The notes under the pieces are model-generated. The model ran no database searches. It was given only the letters and a program-made list of their open reading frames with translations, and was not told the origin of the DNA. A stretch of 64,000 nucleotides of DNA, from contig CACWKS010000008.1 in assembly GCA_902761535.1 (NCBI GenBank), positions 9,022-73,021 of the forward strand. The letters run 5' to 3'. Shown piece after piece: positions 18,889 to 27,851 of this stretch; positions within the stretch are counted from its first letter, which is position 1; the number at the start of each line of letters is the position of its first letter. This DNA comes from an uncultured Pseudomonadota bacterium. Its GTDB lineage: Bacteria > Pseudomonadota > Alphaproteobacteria > RF32 > CAG-239. Position numbers and translations under genes: made by a program.

Positions 18889-20268
18889 TTAACAGTTAGC
18901 TATATTAACCGCCAAACCGCCTAGAGAAGTCTCTTTATAACGATTACTCATATCTTTGCCGGTCGCATACATGGTTTTTATGGCACTGTCAAGTGATACA
19001 AAATGTTCGCCTTTGCCTTGCAACGCTAATCTGGCGGAATTTACGGCTTTGACTGCTCCCATCGCATTTCGTTCAATACAAGGAATTTGCACCAATCCGC
19101 ATACCGGATCGCAAGTCAATCCCAGATTGTGTTCTATGGCAATCTCGGCTGCTTGTTCAATCTGATTATTGTTTCCCCCCATAGCCGCTGCTAAGCCGGC
19201 CGCTGCCATCGAACAAGCCACTCCGACTTCTCCCTGACAACCGACCTCGGCTCCGGATATTGAAGCATTAGTCCGATAAAGCGAACAAATGGCTGCTGCT
19301 GTGGTAAAAAATTTCACAATTCCGTCATCGACCGATAAAGGCGACATATGAGAAGCGAATTTTTGAAAATAACGTAATACTGCCGGAATAATTCCTGATG
19401 ATCCCATTGTCGGAGCCGTAACCACCCGACTTCCGGAAGCATTTTCCTCAGCCACGGCAAATCCCCATAAGTTCAACCAATCAATTACTTCCAAACCATC
19501 CTGTTGATTAGTCAAAAATTTTTCTCTCATTCTGCGATAAATTTCCGCAGCTCTTCTTTTTACGTGAAGTCCGCCGGGGAGTTCTCCTGAGCCATGCATT
19601 CCTTTATCTATTGCCGCATCCATAATCCCGTGAATTTTTTTCAAATAATCAAAAACTTGTTTTTCCGGCGCCAGACATACTTCATTTTGCAAAACCACAT
19701 CAGATATGGAAAGATTATATTTATTGCAAATATTCTGCAGTTCTTTACAACTGTCAAATTGATGAGGCACATTATATATTTGGTGAACAATTTCTTGTCC
19801 CATTTCGTCTTTGCGTAGAACTGTACCGCCGCCGATGGAAAAATATTCCTCCGATAAAATTTTATTTTTTCCGGAAAAAGCCGTAAAACGCATGCCGTTA
19901 GAATGTTCCGGTAAAAATATTTTCTTATGTAGTTTCATATCATTGTCAACATCAAACGGAATAGGCTTCATTTGCGCCAAATGCAACATTTTATCCCGTT
20001 CAAGATAGAAATAATAGGGCTGGCTGGTGTCTATATCCTCAGCATTAAATCCCATTAATCCGTAAGTAATTGCCTTTAGAGTTCCGTGTCCTACACCGGT
20101 TAGAGCAAGCGAACCGTATAAATCAACTTTCAGCGAAGTGACTTTATCAATCTCACCGTATTTTTTAATATTATCAACAAATCGCTTGGCTGCAACCATC
20201 GGTCCGACCGTATGCGAGCTTGACGGACCGATACCTATGGCAAAAATTTCTGATAAACGATAATACAT
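18889..20268 (-). CDS. sdaA: L-serine dehydratase (single-chain, Fe-S type)
   Basis: IGPSSSHTVGPM N-terminus and C-terminal CDPVCGLVQIPCIERNA block. Confidence 0.9.
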   Translation of the reverse strand: MYYRLSEIFAIGIGPSSSHTVGPMVAAKRFVDNIKKYGEIDKVTSLKVDLYGSLALTGVGHGTLKAITYGLMGFNAEDIDTSQPYYFYLERDKMLHLAQMKPIPFDVDNDMKLHKKIFLPEHSNGMRFTAFSGKNKILSEEYFSIGGGTVLRKDEMGQEIVHQIYNVPHQFDSCKELQNICNKYNLSISDVVLQNEVCLAPEKQVFDYLKKIHGIMDAAIDKGMHGSGELPGGLHVKRRAAEIYRRMREKFLTNQQDGLEVIDWLNLWGFAVAEENASGSRVVTAPTMGSSGIIPAVLRYFQKFASHMSPLSVDDGIVKFFTTAAAICSLYRTNASISGAEVGCQGEVGVACSMAAAGLAAAMGGNNNQIEQAAEIAIEHNLGLTCDPVCGLVQIPCIERNAMGAVKAVNSARLALQGKGEHFVSLDSAIKTMYATGKDMSNRYKETSLGGLAVNIANC

Positions 20269-21983
20269 TATAAATATGTCCTGATATCTTTATATGGTTT
20301 AACCCCGATTTTTATCAAAGTATCGGCTATATATTCATGCAATTTACCCCATTCGGTGTTTTCTTCAATAAATTGCTGAGCTTTTTTAGGTGATTTTGAT
20401 AATTGCACGGCAATCGTTTCTTCCAAAATTTTATTCATAACTTTGGGCATTATGGCAAAATCAATACTTATTTTGTTATCAGCGTTGAAAGTAATTGCGC
20501 CATGTCGGAGCAAATAATTGAAATGAATCAAATCTCCCATACGGTGAGGTTGTATTTGTTGGGGTTTTGCTTTCAGCAACAGCCTCATTATCCATGTAAC
20601 ATAAACTTTATGTAAAGTTGTTTCATCAATAACTCCGGATTTAACATATTGCGGCATCATAGCTATTGAAACAACATCAGCCTTGTTTTCTTCAATAATA
20701 TGCTTGTAAGCACCTAAAGAATCTTTATAAGAACTGTCCGGCCCTAAAGAATGTCCGTTTTCATGTCCTATCACAAAAATATGTTCGACCTCATCATCAT
20801 AGTATTGATGAAAGTCTTTTTCTAATAAAGCATTTAGCATCTCCGTTCTCAGAGCTTTATCACCCGACATTCTGACTTGACGGTGATACACATTACGCCG
20901 TCCTCCACCGGTTCTGACCGATAATTTGTCATCATTGGGCAAATTCTGTGCGGTGGTAATTCCGCCTCGACATTGTGCATAATCTCCCTGCAGAGTTGCC
21001 AAATCTACGTCAACCATAGTTTGTTTGACATCATCACCTGTATCAATTTTTTGCTCATATTGGTCTGCCAAGGGCATTAGTTTGGCTAACTTTGACATTT
21101 GTGATTTAAACTTCAAAATTAAATCCGTACCTTTTTTATTTACTATACCGACACGAGCACCCAGCATATCTTTTGCAATCGGAAAAATATTATTTTCCTC
21201 CAATAGTGCGACTAATTCTTCATTTTCAAAAACACTCGGGGTTACCTCATCATCATAATTTTCTCTGGATAATGTGAATTCTAAAGGTGTATCCTGCATA
21301 ATCGCCCAGTGTTTGTCGGCTAACATATCCATATCTTCATTGTTTTGCAACAAAGCTTGAGCTTGCCATCCCAAATAATCATTAAATTCTTCATTAGTCG
21401 AGTAATGAGCCGCAACCTCCAATTCATTAGCTATGTCGGAAAAAGCTTGGGCAAAAAATTGTGTATAATCGATAGCAATCAAATCCTCACCCTTTCGGCG
21501 CACCATAGAGCGAGCAGACAATATTTTTCGTACCTCATCAATATTTCCGTTTTTTAACATCCGATATAAAATTTTATGAAATTCTTCAATCGATAAATCG
21601 GTAGGATAAAAATTACGTCCTTTATAAATATGCACATTTTCAAATATTTCTATCGGGTCTTTATCTATGCCGTTGATTCCGGCAACTCCGTTAAAAGAAT
21701 TAAAAAGTTTTAAGGCTTTAGCCGCATGAGTATTGTTTTTTGCTGCATCTTCTAATCCTTTTTTCAATAGAAGATTAAGCGGGTGATCCTGTTCAAGTGC
21801 TACATTGTTTAGAATACGCGCAGCTGCTATCAAATGAGACAAAGCTTTTTTATCCCCTTCTGCCAATTGTTGATAACCTTCAAAATTCCTGTCAATCATT
21901 TCAATAGGCATCATTTGCTGATTGATTATCTTATCTAAATCTGCTTCGCTGATTGCTATTTCAAAATTATTAATCTTCGTCAT
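20268..21983 (-). CDS. Zinc metallopeptidase, DPP III (M49)-like
   Basis: HENGH (HExxH) followed ~30 aa later by EENKAD, resembling the M49 second motif EExxAE/D. TAATG overlap with sdaA. Confidence 0.5.
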   Translation of the reverse strand: MTKINNFEIAISEADLDKIINQQMMPIEMIDRNFEGYQQLAEGDKKALSHLIAAARILNNVALEQDHPLNLLLKKGLEDAAKNNTHAAKALKLFNSFNGVAGINGIDKDPIEIFENVHIYKGRNFYPTDLSIEEFHKILYRMLKNGNIDEVRKILSARSMVRRKGEDLIAIDYTQFFAQAFSDIANELEVAAHYSTNEEFNDYLGWQAQALLQNNEDMDMLADKHWAIMQDTPLEFTLSRENYDDEVTPSVFENEELVALLEENNIFPIAKDMLGARVGIVNKKGTDLILKFKSQMSKLAKLMPLADQYEQKIDTGDDVKQTMVDVDLATLQGDYAQCRGGITTAQNLPNDDKLSVRTGGGRRNVYHRQVRMSGDKALRTEMLNALLEKDFHQYYDDEVEHIFVIGHENGHSLGPDSSYKDSLGAYKHIIEENKADVVSIAMMPQYVKSGVIDETTLHKVYVTWIMRLLLKAKPQQIQPHRMGDLIHFNYLLRHGAITFNADNKISIDFAIMPKVMNKILEETIAVQLSKSPKKAQQFIEENTEWGKLHEYIADTLIKIGVKPYKDIRTYL

Positions 21984-23481
21984 CTTTTACCTCGACTGAT
22001 CTAAAACGAAAAATTCTTATATCTTTTGCCCAATAAGCAGGACTTAATCCGGCTTGTAATTTTAATTTTTTTATAAATTCATTTTTATCTTTTACATCCA
22101 ACCAAGTATCTGGTAACAAAAAACCTTCACGTTTACCGCTGCGCAATAATAGGCCATCAACTCCATATTCTATCTGTTCCAACAAATCATCATACGATGA
22201 AAATTTTATTTTTTCTGGTTCAGTTAATAATTGTAATGATAAACTCAACGAATTTTTATCGGTAATTTTCAACCCTTCCGGTGTATTCATAATGTGAAAA
22301 ATATTGCGGGCGATATCGGCAGCAACAGCTCTTACTGCTGCGATTTCTCCAAAGCATCCCACCAATTTTCCGTTTTGATAAATTTTTACAAAAGATGCTC
22401 CGCGGTTAAATAAAAAATTATTAAAGTTTTTTCGTCTGACTTTATAACGTTTTTTAGGGGCTGAAGCTAAACTGTTTTGAGCAACTTTTAACAGCTCTTT
22501 ATAATGATGTCTGACAAAGTTTTTTAGATTATGATAATATAATTCACTACCGTTTAAAACAGTTTGTTCTAACGGCTCATCATAACTCCAACCTTTTACT
22601 TCTATCAATGCATTTGTATTGGCTGATACTTGTGAAGCATTTAATAATCTCGGAACCAAACCATATTTTTTGGCTAATATAACCGAAGTTTCCAAACCTG
22701 TCTTGCTGCAAAAAGCATGTCTGTTTTGTTTTAACCTGATTTCTAAATTTTGATCATCATCTGCAGTTGGTAAAAAATATCCGGCTAAATCAGCGACCAC
22801 AATTACCAACACATTTTTTTTATTAAGATAGGGGCTAATAAGTTTAGCTAACTCTTCCGGATTAACTTTACTATATAAAATAGGTGCAATTTTGGCGGAT
22901 TTAAATGTTTTTTGAATAAAGGGCAGTTGAACATTCAGCGAATTCTTTTTCGAATAATAACTTTGATTTCCTTTAGCTAAAGGACTTTTTTGCCAATCAT
23001 TTACTATATTTTGATTAATTGCTATATCCCCAAGCGGAGTAGTTATAATATTGTTGCTAGGTAAAGCTATACCGTCAAATTTTTGATGAGATGGACCGAT
23101 TAAAATAATATTGCGATAAATATCGCTAAAAGGCTTAAGTTGATTAAAACTTTCCTGAGCCAAAGCACCGGCACGGCGATAACCGTGATGTGGTTGAATT
23201 ATAATACGGGGAAAGTTTTTTAATTTAGGTTGAGAATATTCAATATAGCCGTCCGCGTTGTTGTTATTTTGATATGCATCGGCGGGATAGAAAAAAGCAG
23301 CCATCGCCAAATCTGCCGGAGGAATAATATCTTCATCACTCAAATTATATTCGGATATGCTTTGATGATTACTGGAAATTTGATATTTAAAATAAGCAAC
23401 ATTAAACCATATAATTACAAAAATTATGGTTGCAATCATTATATAACCCGATATTTTTTTTCGGTTGAACTCCATAAGCAT
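21970..23481 (-). CDS. Membrane-anchored fusion of a Memo-like (AmmeMemoRadiSam B) domain and an AMMECR1-like (A) domain
   Basis: N-terminal TM helix. Memo blocks FFYP, IIQPHHGYRRAG, LIGPSH, TPLGDI. C-terminal AMMECR1 blocks GKLVGCFGEI and GLLLRSGKREGFLLPDTW. Confidence 0.6.
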   Translation of the reverse strand: MLMEFNRKKISGYIMIATIIFVIIWFNVAYFKYQISSNHQSISEYNLSDEDIIPPADLAMAAFFYPADAYQNNNNADGYIEYSQPKLKNFPRIIIQPHHGYRRAGALAQESFNQLKPFSDIYRNIILIGPSHQKFDGIALPSNNIITTPLGDIAINQNIVNDWQKSPLAKGNQSYYSKKNSLNVQLPFIQKTFKSAKIAPILYSKVNPEELAKLISPYLNKKNVLVIVVADLAGYFLPTADDDQNLEIRLKQNRHAFCSKTGLETSVILAKKYGLVPRLLNASQVSANTNALIEVKGWSYDEPLEQTVLNGSELYYHNLKNFVRHHYKELLKVAQNSLASAPKKRYKVRRKNFNNFLFNRGASFVKIYQNGKLVGCFGEIAAVRAVAADIARNIFHIMNTPEGLKITDKNSLSLSLQLLTEPEKIKFSSYDDLLEQIEYGVDGLLLRSGKREGFLLPDTWLDVKDKNEFIKKLKLQAGLSPAYWAKDIRIFRFRSVEVKDDED

Positions 23482-23505
23482 CTTTCCAATAATTCGGTAT
23501 TTTAA

Positions 23506-25398
23506 TTAATATGCCGACTTAGCAACATCTTCGCCGATTATACTCTCTGAAATATAGCTGTCGGCACATTGAGCACTAGTGCAACGTTTAAGTACTAAAG
23601 CGTCACGCCCTTCTGTCAAACCGCGCAATTTGATTGACGGAACATAAACATCTTTAATGTTAATCTTAAATGTTATGTAACCGGTCTTACCGCTATTATC
23701 ACTCAAATAAGCTTTGATTGTATAGGTTCCGACGCTTCCCGGCATTGCCTGTCCGGTAAATTTATTCTCTTTCTCATCATACATAATCCAATCAGGTAAT
23801 GGTGAATCGTTTATTAATCCGGCCTTTACTGTAACATTACCGCTAAAATTCATCTTCTTAAATACACTTTCCGGTATTTCGACTTCAAAACGTTGTCCGC
23901 TGTCCAAATTAAGATCAGGTATAAGTTTTGATGAAGACAGATTAACCGGAGGACGCTTTGCCGGCACATCTAACAGATACGGACGATTATCCGGTAAAAA
24001 TTCTCCTTTACGCCATTTTTCTAATACTCCGCGTAAATAAACGGCAATTTGTGACGGTTTTTCATTGAGCATATAATAAGGAATTGCATCCATTCCTAAG
24101 GTTGCATACAAACTTCCCAAAGCATCTTGCAAATCAACATATGCCAACATAGCTTTTGCTTCATCACCGATAGCTCTGGCTGATTCTAACTGTGTCTGAG
24201 TCGAACGAGCTCCGCTTGATGTAGCTGTATCTTCTGCTATATCTTCCGAAGCACGCGAAAGTTCATGGGCAATACGATAATCCTCAACTGCTGACATATA
24301 ACGTGCCCAAGCCACATAAACCTGTGTTAAAATCAGATTAGTCATGCGTTGACGGCGCAAGGCTTCAGCTTCAAAATATTTCGGATTTTTTACGTTTTCG
24401 AATACTTCCATACCGACATCACGAGCTTTCTTTGACCATAAGCGATTATAATAATTGGAATCTTTCATATATTTCTGATCACCAGGATTGGACAATACTT
24501 TGAATGAGGCAACTATTTCATCAATATTTGTTACCATATCGCGCGTACGCAACTCCGGACGATTGTTCAAGGCCACCCATTCCATTTCACTCAAAGAGCT
24601 TTTAATCTCGGGCAAATCATAATTTCCGTCTTCTTTTCCGACCAGAGTAAACTCGGTATTGGGATGAAAACCCATAATAGAAGCTAAACGTACATTGGCA
24701 GTCTCTAAATCACGCTTCAAAACAGATAAATCCTTTATGCTTTGCATAAAATTACGTTTTTTATCTAGTTCTTCAACACTGAGACTCTTCCCTTCTTTTG
24801 CTAAATCGACAGTATTGGCGTTCATTTCATCGATATCTAAACTCATATATTCAATCATCTCATCAATCAAGGGCAACATTCTCTGTGCACTAAGTGCTTT
24901 CCAATATAAAGTACGCGTTTCCTGCATCAAATTATGTATAACCTTACGACTTTGTTCATAAGCAACTCCTGCCTGATAAAGTTTGTCTTTACTTTGATAA
25001 TATACCGTACTGACATCTAAGATATTCCATGCCAATTTAAGTTCTGAATCCATAGCTGTGCGATTCTCTGTATTAACATATCCGGCCGAAGAAAAAATTT
25101 CCGGTAGTCGATTCTTCGGTGAAAGTCCCATTTCAACCATGCTTTGCTGATAACTGGTCAAACGGCGCGTATAATTATACTTTAATGCCAACGCAAAAGC
25201 CATATACATATCAATCGGTTTTTGGATTTTTGAAGGAATATTAGAATACATCGATTGCATATCGGCATCTATACGAATCGCCCTATCCCAGTCAGTATAA
25301 GAAGCTGGAGCCGGAACGCTCACCTCATTATGGCCGCTACTGGAACATGCCGTTATCAACAACGCTAATCCGCCGACCAAAATATTTAATTTTTTCAT
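23506..25398 (-). CDS. TolC/OMF-like outer-membrane lipoprotein with C-terminal Ig-like (He_PIG / cadherin-like) domain
   Basis: Start set at MKKLNILVGGLALLITAC (lipobox). Long coiled OMF-type repeats (ALNNRPELR, LDLQDALGSLY-type blocks). Tail LPDWIMYDEKENKFTGQAMPGSVGTYTIKAYLSD looks like the putative-Ig domain. Confidence 0.55.
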   Translation of the reverse strand: MKKLNILVGGLALLITACSSSGHNEVSVPAPASYTDWDRAIRIDADMQSMYSNIPSKIQKPIDMYMAFALALKYNYTRRLTSYQQSMVEMGLSPKNRLPEIFSSAGYVNTENRTAMDSELKLAWNILDVSTVYYQSKDKLYQAGVAYEQSRKVIHNLMQETRTLYWKALSAQRMLPLIDEMIEYMSLDIDEMNANTVDLAKEGKSLSVEELDKKRNFMQSIKDLSVLKRDLETANVRLASIMGFHPNTEFTLVGKEDGNYDLPEIKSSLSEMEWVALNNRPELRTRDMVTNIDEIVASFKVLSNPGDQKYMKDSNYYNRLWSKKARDVGMEVFENVKNPKYFEAEALRRQRMTNLILTQVYVAWARYMSAVEDYRIAHELSRASEDIAEDTATSSGARSTQTQLESARAIGDEAKAMLAYVDLQDALGSLYATLGMDAIPYYMLNEKPSQIAVYLRGVLEKWRKGEFLPDNRPYLLDVPAKRPPVNLSSSKLIPDLNLDSGQRFEVEIPESVFKKMNFSGNVTVKAGLINDSPLPDWIMYDEKENKFTGQAMPGSVGTYTIKAYLSDNSGKTGYITFKINIKDVYVPSIKLRGLTEGRDALVLKRCTSAQCADSYISESIIGEDVAKSAY

Positions 25399-25576
25399 AA
25401 TCCAAACCCTTGTTGAACATATTAAACATATTGGCATATTATAACAATATTTTGCATATTAACAGTATTTATTTGCTTTTATTCAACTTTGTTGTATAAA
25501 ATTAATAAAAAAGATATCTTTATCGGTTATAATAAAATCAAAGCGATGATTTAATTTATATTATAGGTGCTTCTAA

Positions 25577-26353
25577 ATGCTTGATTTGTTAAGATCTTTA
25601 TTTAAATATAAACAAAAACGCAGTCCCGATAAACTTGGACTTTATCCTGAAATGGTGCATACCGATGCCATACCCGAGCGTCGCTACCTGTGGACTTCTC
25701 GTTTATTGGTTATTTTTGCCGTATTAAGCATTTGTGTCAACATTATGTTGGTTTTAACCATATATATTCTTCTTCCTCAGCGTGATGCCGAACCTCGTTT
25801 GTTGCAAATAAATGGTTATTTCAATCAATTAAATTTTTTAACCGAACAAGAAAGTTTTGTTGCTCCCAAAGATTTGTTGATTGAAATGTTTGTTCGTGAA
25901 TATATCCTAACCCGTCATACGGTTACTTCTAATTACGATGAATTGAAAAAACGTTGGCAGCCTGGTTCTCGTTTTTATTTAATGTCTTCTCCCGAGGTTT
26001 ATAAAGAGTTTGCTTCCGAAGATTTTGATCAATTGTTATATGCATATCAAAGCGGAGGTTTTACCCGCTCGGTTAATATTGAATGGATGTACCCCGTTGC
26101 CAGCGGTTTATGGATTGTTCGATTTGTTACTTATGATTATTATTCCGGCTCAAAAACTCCGATAATCAATATATGGCATGCTTATTTGCGTACTTCATTA
26201 GCCTTGATTAATTATGACAACAAATTGTTGCGTTATCAAAATCCGTTTGGTTTTTATGTATCTAGCTATTCATTGTCCTATATAGGCTCACCTGCTGATA
26301 CTGAAAAATATTTGCAACGTGTGCGTCGCAAACGTTTACGACAGCATTATTAA
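25577..26353 (+). CDS. VirB8/TrbF-like bitopic membrane protein (paralogue 1)
   Basis: Short cytoplasmic N-terminus, one TM, and a periplasmic domain with FVREYILTRHTV and QNPFGFYVSSYS blocks (compare VirB8/TrbF ..YV..RE.Y.. and NPLGF.V..Y). Confidence 0.5.
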   Translation: MLDLLRSLFKYKQKRSPDKLGLYPEMVHTDAIPERRYLWTSRLLVIFAVLSICVNIMLVLTIYILLPQRDAEPRLLQINGYFNQLNFLTEQESFVAPKDLLIEMFVREYILTRHTVTSNYDELKKRWQPGSRFYLMSSPEVYKEFASEDFDQLLYAYQSGGFTRSVNIEWMYPVASGLWIVRFVTYDYYSGSKTPIINIWHAYLRTSLALINYDNKLLRYQNPFGFYVSSYSLSYIGSPADTEKYLQRVRRKRLRQHY

Positions 26354-26370
26354 ACAAGGCTGAAGAAAAT

Positions 26371-27087
26371 ATGCAGATATTTTCAAGCTTGTTTCGCTAT
26401 CGAGATAAAAAAAGTCCTGATAAATTAGGATTATATCCTGAAAGGTTTCATATTCCCGCGATTCCAGAACGTCGCTATTTGTGGACTTCTCGCTTATTGG
26501 TAATAATAGCGGCCATAAATATCAGTCTTGTGATGATTTTGACTTTAACTATATATTTGCTGTTGCCTCAGCGAAGCACTTATCCTTTGTTGTATGAACA
26601 GCATTTAGGTACTTTGCGCACTTTACAATCTCAAACAACTACGGCTTCACCCATACAATTGCTTACTGAATATCATATCCGGGAATATATAAATCTGCGC
26701 CACAATCTGCCGGATCGTTTGGGACAACTGATAATTCGTTGGAATGATAATTCGGTGTTTAAATCGTATTGCAGCGAACAAGTTTATTCTCTATTTCAAG
26801 AGCAATTGCAAATGGACAGCTTAAAAAAAATGATTATCAAAAAAATCCGTCGTTCGGTAGAAATTGAAAAAATTGAAAATTTAATCGGTAATTTGTATTC
26901 GGTACATTTTAAAACCATCACGACTTACCCGAACAGCGAAAAACCGATTATCACTGTCATGAGAGCATATTTGCGAGTGGGGTATGTTGATTACGGCAAA
27001 AATCCTCCTCCGGAATATTTGCGCAATCCGTACGGATTTAAGGTTTTTAGTTATGAGCTTGGTTATTTGGGCAAAAATCCTCGCTGA
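26371..27087 (+). CDS. VirB8/TrbF-like bitopic membrane protein (paralogue 2)
   Basis: Same architecture. The N-terminal 45 aa are nearly identical in pattern to paralogue 1 (SPDKLGLYPE...IPERRYLWTSRLLVI). C-terminal RNPYGFKVFSYELGY. Confidence 0.5.
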   Translation: MQIFSSLFRYRDKKSPDKLGLYPERFHIPAIPERRYLWTSRLLVIIAAINISLVMILTLTIYLLLPQRSTYPLLYEQHLGTLRTLQSQTTTASPIQLLTEYHIREYINLRHNLPDRLGQLIIRWNDNSVFKSYCSEQVYSLFQEQLQMDSLKKMIIKKIRRSVEIEKIENLIGNLYSVHFKTITTYPNSEKPIITVMRAYLRVGYVDYGKNPPPEYLRNPYGFKVFSYELGYLGKNPR

Positions 27088-27167
27088 TATAGTTTGGAAA
27101 ATTTTTTCTTGACTTGACAATTGTTAATGCTAACATAACGCAAAATTAATAATTAAAATATTATAAT

Positions 27168-27398
27168 ATGAAATACATTATTATAGGAATTATCCTCTCC
27201 GTTGCATGGGTGATTGCAACTTTAGAGAGCAACAAAGCTCAAGGCTATTTTTGGGTGGCAGTACTTTGCCTCACCGGTTTTTTATTCGGCCTTTTGGCTA
27301 TAGTCTGCGAAGTATGGTGGATTTGGATTATTTCAGGCATAGCTTGGGCTATAGCAGCATTACTCCTTTTGATGATGCTACTTATCTTTAAAGTATAA
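27168..27398 (+). CDS. Small hydrophobic membrane protein (76 aa)
   Basis: Three hydrophobic segments, followed by a clean terminator. Confidence 0.45.
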   Translation: MKYIIIGIILSVAWVIATLESNKAQGYFWVAVLCLTGFLFGLLAIVCEVWWIWIISGIAWAIAALLLLMMLLIFKV

Positions 27399-27411
27399 TC
27401 TTTAAAAGAAT

Positions 27412-27435
27412 TCCCCCGCATGTCGGGGGATTTTT
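27412..27435 (+). terminator. Rho-independent terminator
   Basis: TCCCCCG-catgt-CGGGGGA followed by TTTTT. Confidence 0.7.
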
Positions 27436-27608
27436 ATATAATCAAATTAGCTAAATCTGATTTTACAAGATAGGGAAAAATATTACTCAAATTTTCATTG
27501 ACCACCAAGGTTTTGCAATCAGGTTTAAGTACAATATGCCAACGCTGTTTCGAATATCCCATACCGACTTTTTCACAATAAACTTGCCAAGAAGATAGAA
27601 AGAAGGGA

Positions 27609-27803
27609 ATGCTTAAGGATCTTTATGAATTTCGTAAAGGTGGCGAAAATAATAAAGAAAAGAATAGGAGAGCTAAAGTTTTTGCCGAGGTGTTGGGGAA
27701 AAAACCAATACTGCAAGAAGATCAATTTCTTATCGCTTTAGCTGCTAAAGATGGCTTAGTTTCAAAACCTACAAGACCAGTTCGAGATAAAGTGCGTGAT
27801 TAA
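27609..27803 (+). CDS. Hypothetical 64-aa basic protein
   Basis: ORF with a GAAGGGA RBS-like sequence and a downstream terminator. No family recognised. Confidence 0.3.
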   Translation: MLKDLYEFRKGGENNKEKNRRAKVFAEVLGKKPILQEDQFLIALAAKDGLVSKPTRPVRDKVRD

Positions 27804-27818
27804 TATTGAGTATATTAT

Positions 27819-27847
27819 AAAAAAACCTCCTTTATGGAGGTTTTTTT
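27819..27847. terminator. Bidirectional terminator (A-run, CCTCC/GGAGG hairpin, T-run)
   Basis: AAAAAACCTCCtttatGGAGGTTTTTTT between convergent genes. Confidence 0.65.
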
Positions 27848-27851
27848 GTGG

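Noticed and set aside
25577-27087. Calling the locus a type IV secretion system
   Set aside because: Only VirB8/TrbF-like proteins are present. No ATPase, VirB6/9/10, pilin or coupling protein lies in the 64 kb, so only the fold assignment is reported.
27470-27600. 42-aa minus-strand ORF (MGYSKQRWHIVLKPDCKTLVV...) between the two terminators
   Set aside because: It is short, has no RBS, and is preceded by an in-frame stop. It may be a gene remnant, but nothing recognisable supports it.
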